Origin: an uncultured Verrucomicrobiae bacterium
Lineage (GTDB): Bacteria > Verrucomicrobiota > Verrucomicrobiia > Chthoniobacterales > Chthoniobacteraceae
Assembly (NCBI GenBank): GCA_963836755.1
Contig: CAWIKF010000002.1
Span: forward strand, 1 to 64,000
Reading direction: 5' to 3'
Length of the DNA stretch: 64,000 nucleotides
In this document: positions 27,544 through 37,688 of the stretch, piece after piece
Layout: every line of letters starts with the position of its first letter
How positions within the stretch are numbered: position 1 is the stretch's first letter
Program-made: the position numbers and the translations under genes
Notes under the pieces: model-generated
What the model was told of the DNA's origin: nothing
Database searches by the model: none
Seen by the model: the letters and a program-made list of their open reading frames with translations, nothing else

Positions 27544-28799
27544 GGCATTTCTGGAGTGGGAGTGAGCGTGAGCCGCGGGCAGAGCGCGAAAAATCGCTGT
27601 AGAAAAAGCACGAAGTAAAAAACTTGCATGCGCCACCAGATCGCGAAGCTGTTGCCGATGTTGCCGGCAAGCACCGCGTTGATCGCGGGCGCGAGCTGCA
27701 GCCGCTCGGTCGGGTTTGAGAAAACTTCCACAAACTCGCGGCGATACCACGCATCGACGAAGCGCAAATACATGTCCATCACGCGATTCATTTTTCTTTC
27801 ATATCGGCAAAACAGCCCGACGCGCGCGCTCTCGTCGGCAAGAACCTTGTCGAAAATATCCGCCGTCTGCTCGCCGGAAAGAATCGCAAGAAAAACTCCG
27901 GTGCTGAAAATCGGGTCGATGAATCCCGCCGCATCGCCGGCCAGCAGCCAGCGGTCGCCCGCGAGGCTCGTGTTGCGATACGAGTAATCGCTCGTCGAAT
28001 GCACCGGCGATACGCGCACGGCGCCTTTCATGCGACGCCGCATTTCGCCAGCCTCGATGAAGTGCGCGAGCAGTTGCTCAGGCGTCTGGCGCAGTTTTTT
28101 AAACAAAGTTGTGTCGACGACGACGCCGACGCTCGTCCGCTCCTGGCTCACGGCAATCATCCAAAACCAATAGTCCGGGCCGCGAATGAGTCGCGTGAGA
28201 TTGCGATCGCCTTCAAAAGTTTCCGGCACGTTTTCATAGTGCGCGTAGGCAGAGAATTTTTGCAGATTCGGGTAACTTTTTTTTAGTTTGAAGCGGCTGC
28301 CGACGACTGCGTTGCGCCCGCTGCAATCGAGCAAATACTTTGCACGCACGGCCTCGCGATTTTTTCCCTCCACCAGCAAAGTCACGCCAGCGGTTTCGAA
28401 ATCGAGAGATTTGACGACAGTCTCCTCGCGCACTTCGGCGCCCTGCTCGCGCGCGTGGTCGAGCAGCAGCTTGTCGAAATGCGCCCGCTCGACTTGATAA
28501 GCCTGCTGATGCTTGAGGCGGAATCCGTCTTTGAAAAAAAACTTCACGCTGCGCGATCCGCAGCTCGTCGCAATCTCACCGCCGAATTTCGGCACCGCCA
28601 TTCGCTCAACCTTCTCGCGCAGGCCAAGCCGATCGAGCGTGGACAAACTGTAAGGCAGCAGCGATTCGCCGATGTGAAAACGCGGAAACTTTTCGCGCTC
28701 GAGCACGACGACGCGCCGTCCGTTTTTCGCCAGCAATGCCGCGGCGGTGCTGCCCGCCGGGCCGCCGCCGATGATGGCCACGTCATATTCAGGATTCAT
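27540..28799 (-). CDS. FAD-dependent oxidoreductase, flavin-dependent halogenase-like
   Basis: GGGPAG, FHIGESLLP, candidate catalytic Lys (PKFGG), WFWMI (WxWxIP-like) and GDAAGFIDPIFSTG. Confidence 0.8.
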   Translation of the reverse strand: MNPEYDVAIIGGGPAGSTAAALLAKNGRRVVVLEREKFPRFHIGESLLPYSLSTLDRLGLREKVERMAVPKFGGEIATSCGSRSVKFFFKDGFRLKHQQAYQVERAHFDKLLLDHAREQGAEVREETVVKSLDFETAGVTLLVEGKNREAVRAKYLLDCSGRNAVVGSRFKLKKSYPNLQKFSAYAHYENVPETFEGDRNLTRLIRGPDYWFWMIAVSQERTSVGVVVDTTLFKKLRQTPEQLLAHFIEAGEMRRRMKGAVRVSPVHSTSDYSYRNTSLAGDRWLLAGDAAGFIDPIFSTGVFLAILSGEQTADIFDKVLADESARVGLFCRYERKMNRVMDMYLRFVDAWYRREFVEVFSNPTERLQLAPAINAVLAGNIGNSFAIWWRMQVFYFVLFLQRFFALCPRLTLTPTPEMP

Positions 28800-28885
28800 G
28801 CGGGTGGAAAACCTAGCAGCGAATCGGCAAAGTAAACACGGGTTTTCTCGAAACTCCGCATGCGGCGCGGGTCAAAGTTTTCGCG

Positions 28886-30613
28886 TCATCCTTGCGACTC
28901 GCGCTCGCTCATCGCGAGCTGCGCGCGCAGCAAATCGTGCAGCGTGACGACAGCCATGATGACGCCGTCGGCTTTGTCGGTCACGACCACGGTGCCAGTC
29001 GTGGATTCAATGAGCGCGTGCTGCGTCTGGCGAATCGGATCGCTGGGGCGGCACGTCTGCGCAGGCTCGAGGCTCACGGGACGCTGCTCGACCAGCGCGG
29101 CGTCGATTTCGCGGCGCGGCAAAATTCCTTCCAAGTGGCCTTCTTTGACGACGGGAAAATTTCGATACGGATGGCTCGCAAGAATATTTTTCAGCGCACC
29201 GGCGCTCAGATCTTCGATGACGACCGGCTTGAAATTCGCGATCGCCGAGATCGGCAGCCCGTGCCAGCTGCGCAGATCGCGCGGCGGAATCACGTGCTCC
29301 ATTTGATGCCCGTCTTGGACCAGAATTTCCTCGTAAAAATTCTCGTGGTTGAGCCGGCGCGCGATGACCTGGCTGACGAGACCTGCGAGCATCAGCCCGG
29401 GCACGAGCGCGAACTGGTGCGTCATTTCGAAAATAATGAGGATGCCCGTGACCGGCGCCTGCACGACTGCGCCGAGGCACGCGCTCATGCCGCCGATCGC
29501 GAGCAAAAGCTGGTCGGATTGGTCGAGTGCGAGGAAGTGTTTGCCGAGGCCGGCGACGAGTTCGCCGCACATCGCGCCGAAAAAAAGATTCGGTGAAAAA
29601 ATTCCCCCGCATCCGCCGAGGCCGTAGGAAAGAATGGTCGCGGCGAGTTTTCCGATGAGAAGCACGGCCGCGATTTTCCACGCCATACCGTGCGCGAGCG
29701 CGTCCGAAAGATCATCGTAGCCGAGCGCAAAAACGCCGAGCCGCCCGCTCCACGCGAAGACAGCGATGCCGATAATCCAGGTGCCGAGGCCGCCCGCGAG
29801 CGGATGCAGCCACTTCGGGATGACGCGGTTCGCGCGCGAAATTGCGCGCAGCGAAATGGATGCGCGCTGAAAAAAAGCGCCCGCGACTGCCGAGAGTCCC
29901 GCGGCGAAAGGCATTAGCAAATACGCCCGCCAAGTCGGCTCATCGAGATGCGGAAGTTCAAACGCCGGTTGCGGCCCGATGAAAGCATGGACGACGAACG
30001 CGCCGATGACGGCGGCGAGCAGCACCGAGCCGAGTGAACGGCTGTTTAAATCTCCGATGATTTCCTCGAGCACGAACGCGACCGATGCGAGCGGCGCATT
30101 GAACGCGGCCGCGAGTCCAGCCGCCGCACCCGATGCGCTCGCGGAGCGCCGATTCTGTTTCGACACGCCGAGCAAGCCGGCGAGACTCGAGGAAAGATTG
30201 CTTCCGATTTGCACCGTCGGCCCTTCGCGCCCGAGGCTTTGCCCGCCGGCGATGCTGATCACGCCCGCGACGAATTTGATCACAGCGATGCGGCGCAGAC
30301 CGAATCCGAATTCCTTCCAAAACGCGAGCTTCACCTGCGGAATCCCGCTGCCAGCGGCCTCCGGGCAAAATGAACTCAGCAGCCATCCGACGATGAGCGA
30401 TGAGACAACCGTGACGGCGAATGTGACGCTGGCAAAATGCCAGAAGCCCGCGCTGGTCTGCGACTTGTAGAAAAAGTTGTAGAGCCAGTTGATCAGCAAC
30501 TGGAACGCCACCGCCGCGAGGCTCGCGACCAATCCATACAAACACGTGCTGATGATTGGCCGGGCTTTGTCATGAATATTGTGGAACTTTTCAGCTACGG
30601 TCTCCATCGGCAA
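28886..30613 (-). CDS. ClC chloride channel/antiporter with CBS domains
   Basis: GSGIP, GREGP and GIFSP selectivity motifs; C-terminal CBS pair. Confidence 0.92.
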   Translation of the reverse strand: MPMETVAEKFHNIHDKARPIISTCLYGLVASLAAVAFQLLINWLYNFFYKSQTSAGFWHFASVTFAVTVVSSLIVGWLLSSFCPEAAGSGIPQVKLAFWKEFGFGLRRIAVIKFVAGVISIAGGQSLGREGPTVQIGSNLSSSLAGLLGVSKQNRRSASASGAAAGLAAAFNAPLASVAFVLEEIIGDLNSRSLGSVLLAAVIGAFVVHAFIGPQPAFELPHLDEPTWRAYLLMPFAAGLSAVAGAFFQRASISLRAISRANRVIPKWLHPLAGGLGTWIIGIAVFAWSGRLGVFALGYDDLSDALAHGMAWKIAAVLLIGKLAATILSYGLGGCGGIFSPNLFFGAMCGELVAGLGKHFLALDQSDQLLLAIGGMSACLGAVVQAPVTGILIIFEMTHQFALVPGLMLAGLVSQVIARRLNHENFYEEILVQDGHQMEHVIPPRDLRSWHGLPISAIANFKPVVIEDLSAGALKNILASHPYRNFPVVKEGHLEGILPRREIDAALVEQRPVSLEPAQTCRPSDPIRQTQHALIESTTGTVVVTDKADGVIMAVVTLHDLLRAQLAMSERESQG

Positions 30614-30739
30614 ATCTTAGCAGCGATACCACGCAACGCCGCGGTATCGGGATGAAAAGGCTGACGCCATTTCACTCGCGTGAAAAGCCGTATTTTACCG
30701 GAAAGGGAACCTGCGGCGAACTTTGACGCCGACGCTTTT

Positions 30740-31060
30740 TTAGTTCGCGCCGCCCTGCTCCAAAGGCGCAACGGCGAGGATCGAAGCCAGCGACGCCAGA
30801 CCCTGATAGCGCTTCACTGCTTTTGTGATCGTCTTTTTCACCATCCCCTGCCCGACGAGCGCCTGAAGCTTCTCATACGTGCGCAGGCGAAGCATTTCCT
30901 CGCCGCCGCTGACCGCGTTTTTGGCGCGAAGATTTTCGTGAACGATGTCAAACAAAGGTTTGAATTCAAAGGAGCCTTTGCCCGAAAGCACCACCGCCAA
31001 CTCCTCGGTTACTTTGTCAGGACCTTTGCGTGAGAATGTGCCACCGAATGTGTTAGCCAT
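30740..31060 (-). CDS. Small basic hypothetical protein
   Basis: 106-aa ORF with a natural-looking composition (GGEEMLRLRTYEKLQALV) filling the intergenic gap. Confidence 0.7.
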   Translation of the reverse strand: MANTFGGTFSRKGPDKVTEELAVVLSGKGSFEFKPLFDIVHENLRAKNAVSGGEEMLRLRTYEKLQALVGQGMVKKTITKAVKRYQGLASLASILAVAPLEQGGAN

Positions 31061-31158
31061 CGGCTACAGTCACACAGTTTTCACATTTGGCCAGAGGTAT
31101 TCGCAAAAAGTGGGGTTCGGCAGCGGATCAGTCTGTCGCTGTTGTGAGCACGAGATAG

Positions 31159-32097
31159 CTAGGCGCGCGGTTTCGGTGCCGTGCGACGCAGCGAATCGAG
31201 CTGATCGCCAAACTCTTCAATCGTGCCCGCGTAGAGCGCGCCAATGCGCACCAATGTTTCAAAGTAGCCTCGCGCGGCGCGACCGCCGACGAGCATGCGC
31301 GCGCCCGACGGGAGCAGGCGCGCGAGGTCGGTGAGCTCGCGCGTGAGGTTCGGATCGTCCTCCGGATAAACGATGCTGAGAGCGACGGCTGCAGCTTCGT
31401 TGCGCAGCACCGCGCCGGCGATCTCGTGCGCTGGAAGGCTCGGGCCGAGATAGACGGGATGCCAGCCGAGGTTCGCCGCGATCGCCGCCGCCATCAGCGC
31501 GCCGAGCTCGTGGAGCTGCCCGGCCGGCGTGCCGACAATGATCCGCGGCGCGGTGAGCGGCGTTGCAAACTGTCGCGTCACTTCGCCTAAAAAAACTTTC
31601 ACACTCGCTGCAAAAAAATGCTCGTGCGCGACCGTGATCGCACCGCTGCGCCAGCGCTCGCCGATTTCCTCCGCGAGCGGCGCGACAACCAGCCGCAGAA
31701 ATCCGGTGTGACCGAGGGCAACGAGCGCGTCACTCAATGTCGTGTGAAGCGCGTGCGTATCGAAGCGCTCGACCGCCGTTATCGCCGCGGCGCGAACTTC
31801 ATCGTTCGGCTCGCCATCTGCGGCGCCTTTCGCGGACCGCGTGGTTGGCGGCAAATTCGCGATCAGCGCGCTCAACTTTGCTGCCGATAATCCGGCGATT
31901 TTTCCTATGCTATGCCCGTTCTGAACGGCGCGGTGAAGCATCGCGAGACGCTCGATTTCTTCTTCCGAATATAGCCGGTGCTTGCCGGCCGAACGCTCCG
32001 GTTTGATGGCGCCGTAGCGCCGCTCCCAAGCGCGGATCACGTGGGGCGAGAGACCGGTCCGTTCGGCAGCGGCTTGAATGGAGAAGGACGAAACCAT
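31159..32097 (-). CDS. CarH/LitR-type MerR regulator with cobalamin-binding domain
   Basis: MerR HTH (IRAWERRYG...HRLYS), W-x9-EH motif (WRSGAITVAHEH), B12-ligand motif QLHELG and YLGPSLP; divergent from the carotenoid genes. Confidence 0.9.
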   Translation of the reverse strand: MVSSFSIQAAAERTGLSPHVIRAWERRYGAIKPERSAGKHRLYSEEEIERLAMLHRAVQNGHSIGKIAGLSAAKLSALIANLPPTTRSAKGAADGEPNDEVRAAAITAVERFDTHALHTTLSDALVALGHTGFLRLVVAPLAEEIGERWRSGAITVAHEHFFAASVKVFLGEVTRQFATPLTAPRIIVGTPAGQLHELGALMAAAIAANLGWHPVYLGPSLPAHEIAGAVLRNEAAAVALSIVYPEDDPNLTRELTDLARLLPSGARMLVGGRAARGYFETLVRIGALYAGTIEEFGDQLDSLRRTAPKPRA

Positions 32098-32173
32098 TGG
32101 TGCGCAATAGTTCGACCGAAATGTGACATACACAAGAGAAAAGTTTTAGTCCCTCGAAAGATTGTCGAACTTT

Positions 32174-32205
32174 CACTTTGACAAACTGCGACACAAATTA
32201 GACAT
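32174..32205 (+). promoter_or_regulatory. Putative CarH operator / carotenoid operon promoter
   Basis: GACA repeated at 32180, 32190 and 32201 (TTGACA, GCGACA, TAGACA), like the TnnACA 11-bp direct repeats of CarH operators; the first is a perfect -35 element. Confidence 0.6.
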
Positions 32206-32240
32206 TGCCCGAAATCAAAGTTCCAAAACCACCCGCACCC

Positions 32241-32447
32241 ATGTCTCTCATCCGCTCAAACATCGATCAAAAAGGCCGCATCATTCGCGGCGCCGGAGCA
32301 CTTGCACTCGCCATCGGCGCGCTCGTCGCTCTGCCCCGTTCGCGCGCCATCGCGATCGGTCTTGGGGCGTCGGCAATCTTCGTCGCATTCGAGGCGGCGC
32401 GCGGTTGGTGCGCGCTGCGCGCGTGCGGATTGAAGACAAAGTTTTGA
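32241..32447 (+). CDS. Small two-TM membrane protein (DUF2892/YgaP-like)
   Basis: NIDQKGRIIR...two TM helices...GWCALRACGLKT pattern. Confidence 0.75.
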   Translation: MSLIRSNIDQKGRIIRGAGALALAIGALVALPRSRAIAIGLGASAIFVAFEAARGWCALRACGLKTKF

Positions 32448-32460
32448 TCGCCCGATCCTC

Positions 32461-34002
32461 ATGAATTACGACACCATCATCATCGGCGCCGGCCCCGGCG
32501 GACTCGCTTCCGCGATGCTTCTCGCGGCGCAGGGGCTGAAAGTAAAATTGCTCGAGCGTCTCCCAAACATCGGCGGCCGCACGTCGTCAATCGAGGCTGA
32601 CGGCTTCAAGTTTGATCTCGGCCCGACGTTTTTTCTCTACCCGCGCGTGCTCGAGGAAATCTTCGCCGCTGCCGGAACATCGTTGCGAGCCGAGGTCGAA
32701 ATGGTGCGGCTCGATCCGCAATATCGCATCATTTTTGGCAGCGGCGGAAAGCTCGACGCGACGCCCGATGCCGCGCGGATGGAGGAGCAAATCGCAGTGA
32801 TCGCGCCAAACGACGCGCCCGGGTTTCGCCGCTTCATGACGGAGAATCGCGAGAAGCTGCAACGGATGGAGCCGTGCCTCGAAACACCGTTTCTCGGCTG
32901 GCAGGACCTGGTGCAAATGCGGCTGCTGAAAATGCTGCCGATGCTCCGTCCGCATCAGTCGATCGACAAATATCTCGGCCGCTTTTTCCGCGATCCCCGC
33001 ATCCGCCTCGCGTTTTCTTTTCAATCAAAATACCTCGGCATGTCGCCGTTTCGCTGCCCGAGCCTTTTTTCGATTCTGTCATTTCTCGAATACGAATACG
33101 GCGTCTTCCATCCGCTCGGAGGCTGCGCGGCGGTGACAGCAGCGATGGCGCGTGTGGCTCGTCGGCTCGGCGTCGAAATCGTCACGGACTCGCCTGTCGA
33201 AGAAGTGCTGTTTGAAGGCCGCCGCGCCGTCGGAGTTCGCACTGCAGCGGGCGTGGAAAAAGCGCGCGCGATTGTGTTGAACGCAGACTTTGCGCGTGCG
33301 ATGAAGCGCCTCGTTCCCGACCGCCTGCGCCGCCGCTGGACCGATCGCAAAATCGCGCGGAAGAAATTCTCGTGCTCGACTTTCATGATGTATCTTGGCG
33401 TCGACGGCACGTTCGACCTGCCGCATCACAGCATCCACATTGCCGCCGATTACGCGCGCAATCTCGACGAGATCGAGAACCAGCACGTCCTCTCGGACGA
33501 TCCGAGTTTTTATGTGCAAAATGCGAGCGTCACCGACCCATCGCTCGCGCCGCGCGGCAGCAGCGCTCTCTACGTGCTCGCGCCCGTCACGCACCAGCAC
33601 GCGAATGTGGATTGGTCGCGCGAGCGTGAGCGCTTTCGCTCAAAAATGCTTCGGCAGATCGAGAAAGCCGGCTTCACCGATGTCGAGCGACGCATTCGCT
33701 TCGAGCGCATCGTCACACCCGCCGATTGGGATTCGAGATACGAGATTCATCAAGGCGCGACCTTCAATCTCGCGCACACGCTCGATCAAATGCTGCACCT
33801 GCGCCCTCACAATCGTTTTGAGGATGTCGATGGAATTTACCTCGTCGGCGGCGGCACGCATCCGGGCAGCGGTTTGCCGGTGATTTTTGAAAGTGCACGC
33901 ATCAGCTCGCGGCTATTGCTGGCGGATTTTGGCGTCCTTCCCGTGAGAGAAACTGAAACCGCGCACGCGCTTGCGCCACTGCAAATGGAGCCCGCGCGAT
34001 GA
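32461..34002 (+). CDS. crtN: Phytoene desaturase family, probable C30 CrtN-type desaturase
   Basis: IIGAGPGG, FDLGPT, FSFQSKYLGMSPF and YLVGGGTHPGSGLP motifs; C30 operon context. Confidence 0.8.
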   Translation: MNYDTIIIGAGPGGLASAMLLAAQGLKVKLLERLPNIGGRTSSIEADGFKFDLGPTFFLYPRVLEEIFAAAGTSLRAEVEMVRLDPQYRIIFGSGGKLDATPDAARMEEQIAVIAPNDAPGFRRFMTENREKLQRMEPCLETPFLGWQDLVQMRLLKMLPMLRPHQSIDKYLGRFFRDPRIRLAFSFQSKYLGMSPFRCPSLFSILSFLEYEYGVFHPLGGCAAVTAAMARVARRLGVEIVTDSPVEEVLFEGRRAVGVRTAAGVEKARAIVLNADFARAMKRLVPDRLRRRWTDRKIARKKFSCSTFMMYLGVDGTFDLPHHSIHIAADYARNLDEIENQHVLSDDPSFYVQNASVTDPSLAPRGSSALYVLAPVTHQHANVDWSRERERFRSKMLRQIEKAGFTDVERRIRFERIVTPADWDSRYEIHQGATFNLAHTLDQMLHLRPHNRFEDVDGIYLVGGGTHPGSGLPVIFESARISSRLLLADFGVLPVRETETAHALAPLQMEPAR

Positions 34003-35307
34003 GCGAAATCGCAGAGCCACCTTTCCCGCCTCGCCAGGCGGAAACTTTGACGCGCACCGCATCGCGACACGTGCAGACCGGGGCGCGCGATGCGTCTCCA
34101 AGCCACGGCACATCGCTTCGGGAGCGACTGAGGATTGTTAGGAATTTGCGCCATCTGATCGCAGAGAATGCCGACGCGCTCGCTGACGCCGCCGCTTCGG
34201 TAAGCAAGCGTCCACGCGCGGAAAAACTCGTCGCGGAGATTTTGCCGCTTGCCGATGCCTGCCGCTGGCTCGAGCGAAACGCCGCGCGTGTGCTCGCGCC
34301 GCGTCGACTCGGAAAACGCGGACGCCCATTTTGGATGCGCGGCATTTCGCTCGAAATTCGACGGCAGCCATTCGGCGTCGTGCTCGTCATTGGTCCCGGA
34401 AATTATCCACTTTTTCTGCCGGCCGTTCATGCGCTGCACGCGCTCGTCGCCGGCAATTCCGTCCGCCTCAAACCCGCTCCCGGCACGCGTCACGTCGCCC
34501 TCGCTTTTGCGAGGCTCGCGACTGAAGCCGGCCTCGATCCCGCGCTGCTCGAAGTGCTCGACGACACTCACGCCGCCGCGCGCGACGCGATCGGCGAAGG
34601 CGCTGGACAAAGTTGTCTTCACCGGCTCGTCGGAAAATGGGCGCGCTGTTCTTGCGCAGCTCGCCGCCACGAATACGCCGGCGGTGATGGAACTTTCGGG
34701 CGAAGATGCGGTCATTGTTCTCGCCGACGCCGACCTCGATCTCGTCGTCCGCGCACTGCGCTTCGGCACTTCGATCAATGGCGGGAACACCTGCATCGCG
34801 CCGCGGCGAATCGTCGTCGTGCAACAGGTCGCCGGCGAACTGCTCGAGCGGCTCGCAGCCGCGCGCGTTCCGCGTTTGCTGACTGAACGCGTTGCTGACG
34901 AAGTTGCGGCTTTGCTCCGCGTCAACAGCCCCGACTTCGCACTCGGTGCGTCAATCTTTTCTCGGGACATCACGAATGCCCGCGTGCTCGCAGCGCGCAT
35001 CAAAACCGGCTTCGTCACGATCAATGATCTCATCGTTCCGACCGCGGATCCGCGGATGCCGTTTGGCGGAGTGCGCGCGAGCGGCTTCGGCACAACGCGC
35101 GGCGCGGAAGGGCTGCTCGAGATGACGCATCCTCACGTCGTCGCGTTGCACAGCGGAAATCGGCATCCCCATTTCGACGAACCCGCGCCGATCGACGCAA
35201 ACCTTTTCTCTGCCTACATCCGCGCGGCGCACGGGCGTCAAAGTCTTACCACGATGCGCCAGTTCGCCGGCGCACTTTTCGAGAAAATCAAATCCCTCAA
35301 ATCATGA
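33999..35307 (+). pseudogene. Aldehyde dehydrogenase (C30 carotenoid AldH/CrtNc-like), frameshift near 34602
   Basis: N-part (PFGVVLVIGPGNYP, LKPA) and C-part (VFTGS, MELSG, GNTC, PFGG) are in different frames; gaaggcgctggacaaa has one extra base. Confidence 0.75.
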
Positions 35308-36885
35308 AACCAATCGGCATCATCGGCGGCGGACTCGCCGGGCTTTCAGCGGCTTGCGTGCTCGCTGCGCGCGGCCATCGCGTCGTCGTTTTCGAGCGCA
35401 ACGACTGGCTCGGCGGCAAGGCTGCGCAACTCACGGGCGACGGCTTCCGCTTCGACATGGGGCCGACGATCGTCACCATCCCATCGGTGCTGCGTCGCAT
35501 CTTCGCCGAGGCCGGCGAAAAGTTGGAAAATTACCTCGAGCTCGTGCGACTCGATCCGCAATGGCGCTGCTTTTTTGACGACGGCTCGCAGCTCGATTTG
35601 GCGCAAAATCCCGACGCGATGGCGCGGACGCTCGACGCATTTGCGCCCGGCACAAACTCGGGCCAACGCTACCGCGCTTTCATCGACTACAGCAAACGCC
35701 TCAACGGAATTTCGCAGCGCCATTTTTTCTACAAATCGATCGGCGGCATCGGCGACATGTTCCAGTGGAAAGCGTCGTTCGATCCGCAGATGCTCGGCGA
35801 CGTGCTCGCGATGCGCATGGGCCGTTCGGTCGCGAGCACCGTGCGGAAATTCACGCCCGATCCGCGCGTCGCGCAGATGGTCGATCACTTCACGCAATAC
35901 GTCGGCTCGTCGCCCTACGGCTCGCCCGCGGTGCTCTGCGGCATCGCGCACATGCAGACCGACGAGGGCATTTGGTATCCGCTCGGCGGGACGCGTGCGG
36001 TGCCGCTCGCGCTGGAAAAACTCGCGCGCAAACTTGGCGTCGAGTTTCGCGTCGGCGTAAAAATCGAGCAGATCCTCTCACAAGACGACGACGTCACCGG
36101 CGTCCGCACAGACGCAGGCGAGGAGATCGCGCTCAGCGCCGTCGTCTCGAATTGCGATTCCGTCCGCACGCATCGTGAGCTCATCAATGGCAAAATCGCC
36201 AAACGCTTCGAGCGCCGCCGCAACTACGAACCCGCCTGCTCCGGCGTCGTCCTTTATCTCGGCCTCAACAAACGCTACGAGCACCTCGCGCATCACGACT
36301 TTGTTTTCAGCCGCGACCCGCACGAGGAGTTCGATTTCATCTACAAAAAGGGCGAGCCCGCGCCCGATCCGACGTGCTACCTCGCCGCGACCACCTGCAC
36401 CGAACCCGGCGCCGCGCCGCCCGGCGGCGAAGCGCTCTACGTGCTCGTCCACGCGCCGTATCTGCGCCCGCATCACGATTGGAAAAAAATGCTGCCCGAG
36501 TATCGCCGCGTGATTCTGGAAAAGCTCAAGCGCACCGCCCAAATGCCCGATCATCGAATCGCGCATCGTCTTCGAGCGCACGCTCACGCCGCAGGACATT
36601 CACGACCGCTACCACGTGCTCGACGGCGCGATCTACGGCCTCGCCAGCCACGGCAAATTCCTCGGCGCGTTCAAACCCGGCAACCGAAGCCCCGACCTGC
36701 GCGGCCTCTACCTCGCCGGCGGCGCTGCGCATCCCGGTCCGGGAATGCCGATGGTGCTGATGTCCGGCTGGATCGCCGCCGATGCGCTCGATCGCGATGG
36801 TCTCGGCAGCGAAACCGCCGCGCCTGATGCCGTCAAAGTTGAAACGCAAAATCTTCATCGCGAAGAAGCGCACGCTGAAAAATGA
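35304..36885 (+). pseudogene. crtP: Diapolycopene oxygenase (CrtP/CrtNb-like), frameshift near 36552
   Basis: CrtI-family FAD protein (IIGGGLAG, FDMGPT, HFTQYVGSSP); the C-terminal GGAAHPGPGMPMV lies in another frame; gatcatcgaatcg has one extra base. Confidence 0.75.
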
Positions 36886-37688
36886 AAACCGCTGTGCCAG
36901 TTCGCCAGCGTTCAGCATTGCCGCGCATCTCCGCGCCGATGATGAAGGTTTTCGCGGCCTACTCGCGCAGCTACGTCGGCAGGAATTTTCATTCGATCCG
37001 CATTTTGAAAAACGCGCTGCCGCCGCGCGATTGTGCACGACCGCTGGTAATTTTCCTGAACCACGCAGCGTGGTGGGACCCGCTCGTTTGCCTGCTGCTT
37101 TCTCGCGAATTTTTTGCGGAGCGCACGTCCTTCGCGCCGATTGATTCCCGGATGCTCGAGCGCTACGGATTCTTTCGGCGGCTCGGTTTTTTCGGCATCG
37201 AACCGCACACCGCGGATGGCGCTCGCACTTTTCTCCGCGCCGCGGGCGCGATCCTCGCTTCGTCCGCGAATGCGCTTTGGCTCACGCCGCAGGGGCGGTT
37301 CATGGATGTGCGCGAGCGCCCGCTGCGTCTTGAGGAAGGGCTTGGCGCGATCGCCGCGCGCGAGCCGGATGCAGTGTTCGTGCCGCTCGCGATTGAGTAT
37401 GCATTTTGGACCGAGCCGCGACCGGAAATTCTGGTCGCATTTGGTGAGCCGATCACGCCGATCGACGTGCCAATGTCTGTGCAATGGACGCAAACTTTTT
37501 CCGATGCTCTCGAAGCTGCGCAGGACGAATTGGCTGCGCGTTCCTGCCGTCGTGACCCCGACGAATGGCTTGTCCTCAACCGCGGAAAATCCGGCGTGAG
37601 CGTGATCTACGACGCCGCGCGGTGGCTGCGTGCGCGGCTGCGTCGCAAAAAGTTTGACGCCGATCATTCGCCGGGCGCGCTGCGATGA
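36882..37688 (+). CDS. Lysophospholipid acyltransferase family (carotenoid glycoside acyltransferase candidate)
   Basis: NHAAWWD (H-x4-D) and TPQG motifs; coupled within the carotenoid operon. Confidence 0.8.
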   Translation: MKTAVPVRQRSALPRISAPMMKVFAAYSRSYVGRNFHSIRILKNALPPRDCARPLVIFLNHAAWWDPLVCLLLSREFFAERTSFAPIDSRMLERYGFFRRLGFFGIEPHTADGARTFLRAAGAILASSANALWLTPQGRFMDVRERPLRLEEGLGAIAAREPDAVFVPLAIEYAFWTEPRPEILVAFGEPITPIDVPMSVQWTQTFSDALEAAQDELAARSCRRDPDEWLVLNRGKSGVSVIYDAARWLRARLRRKKFDADHSPGALR

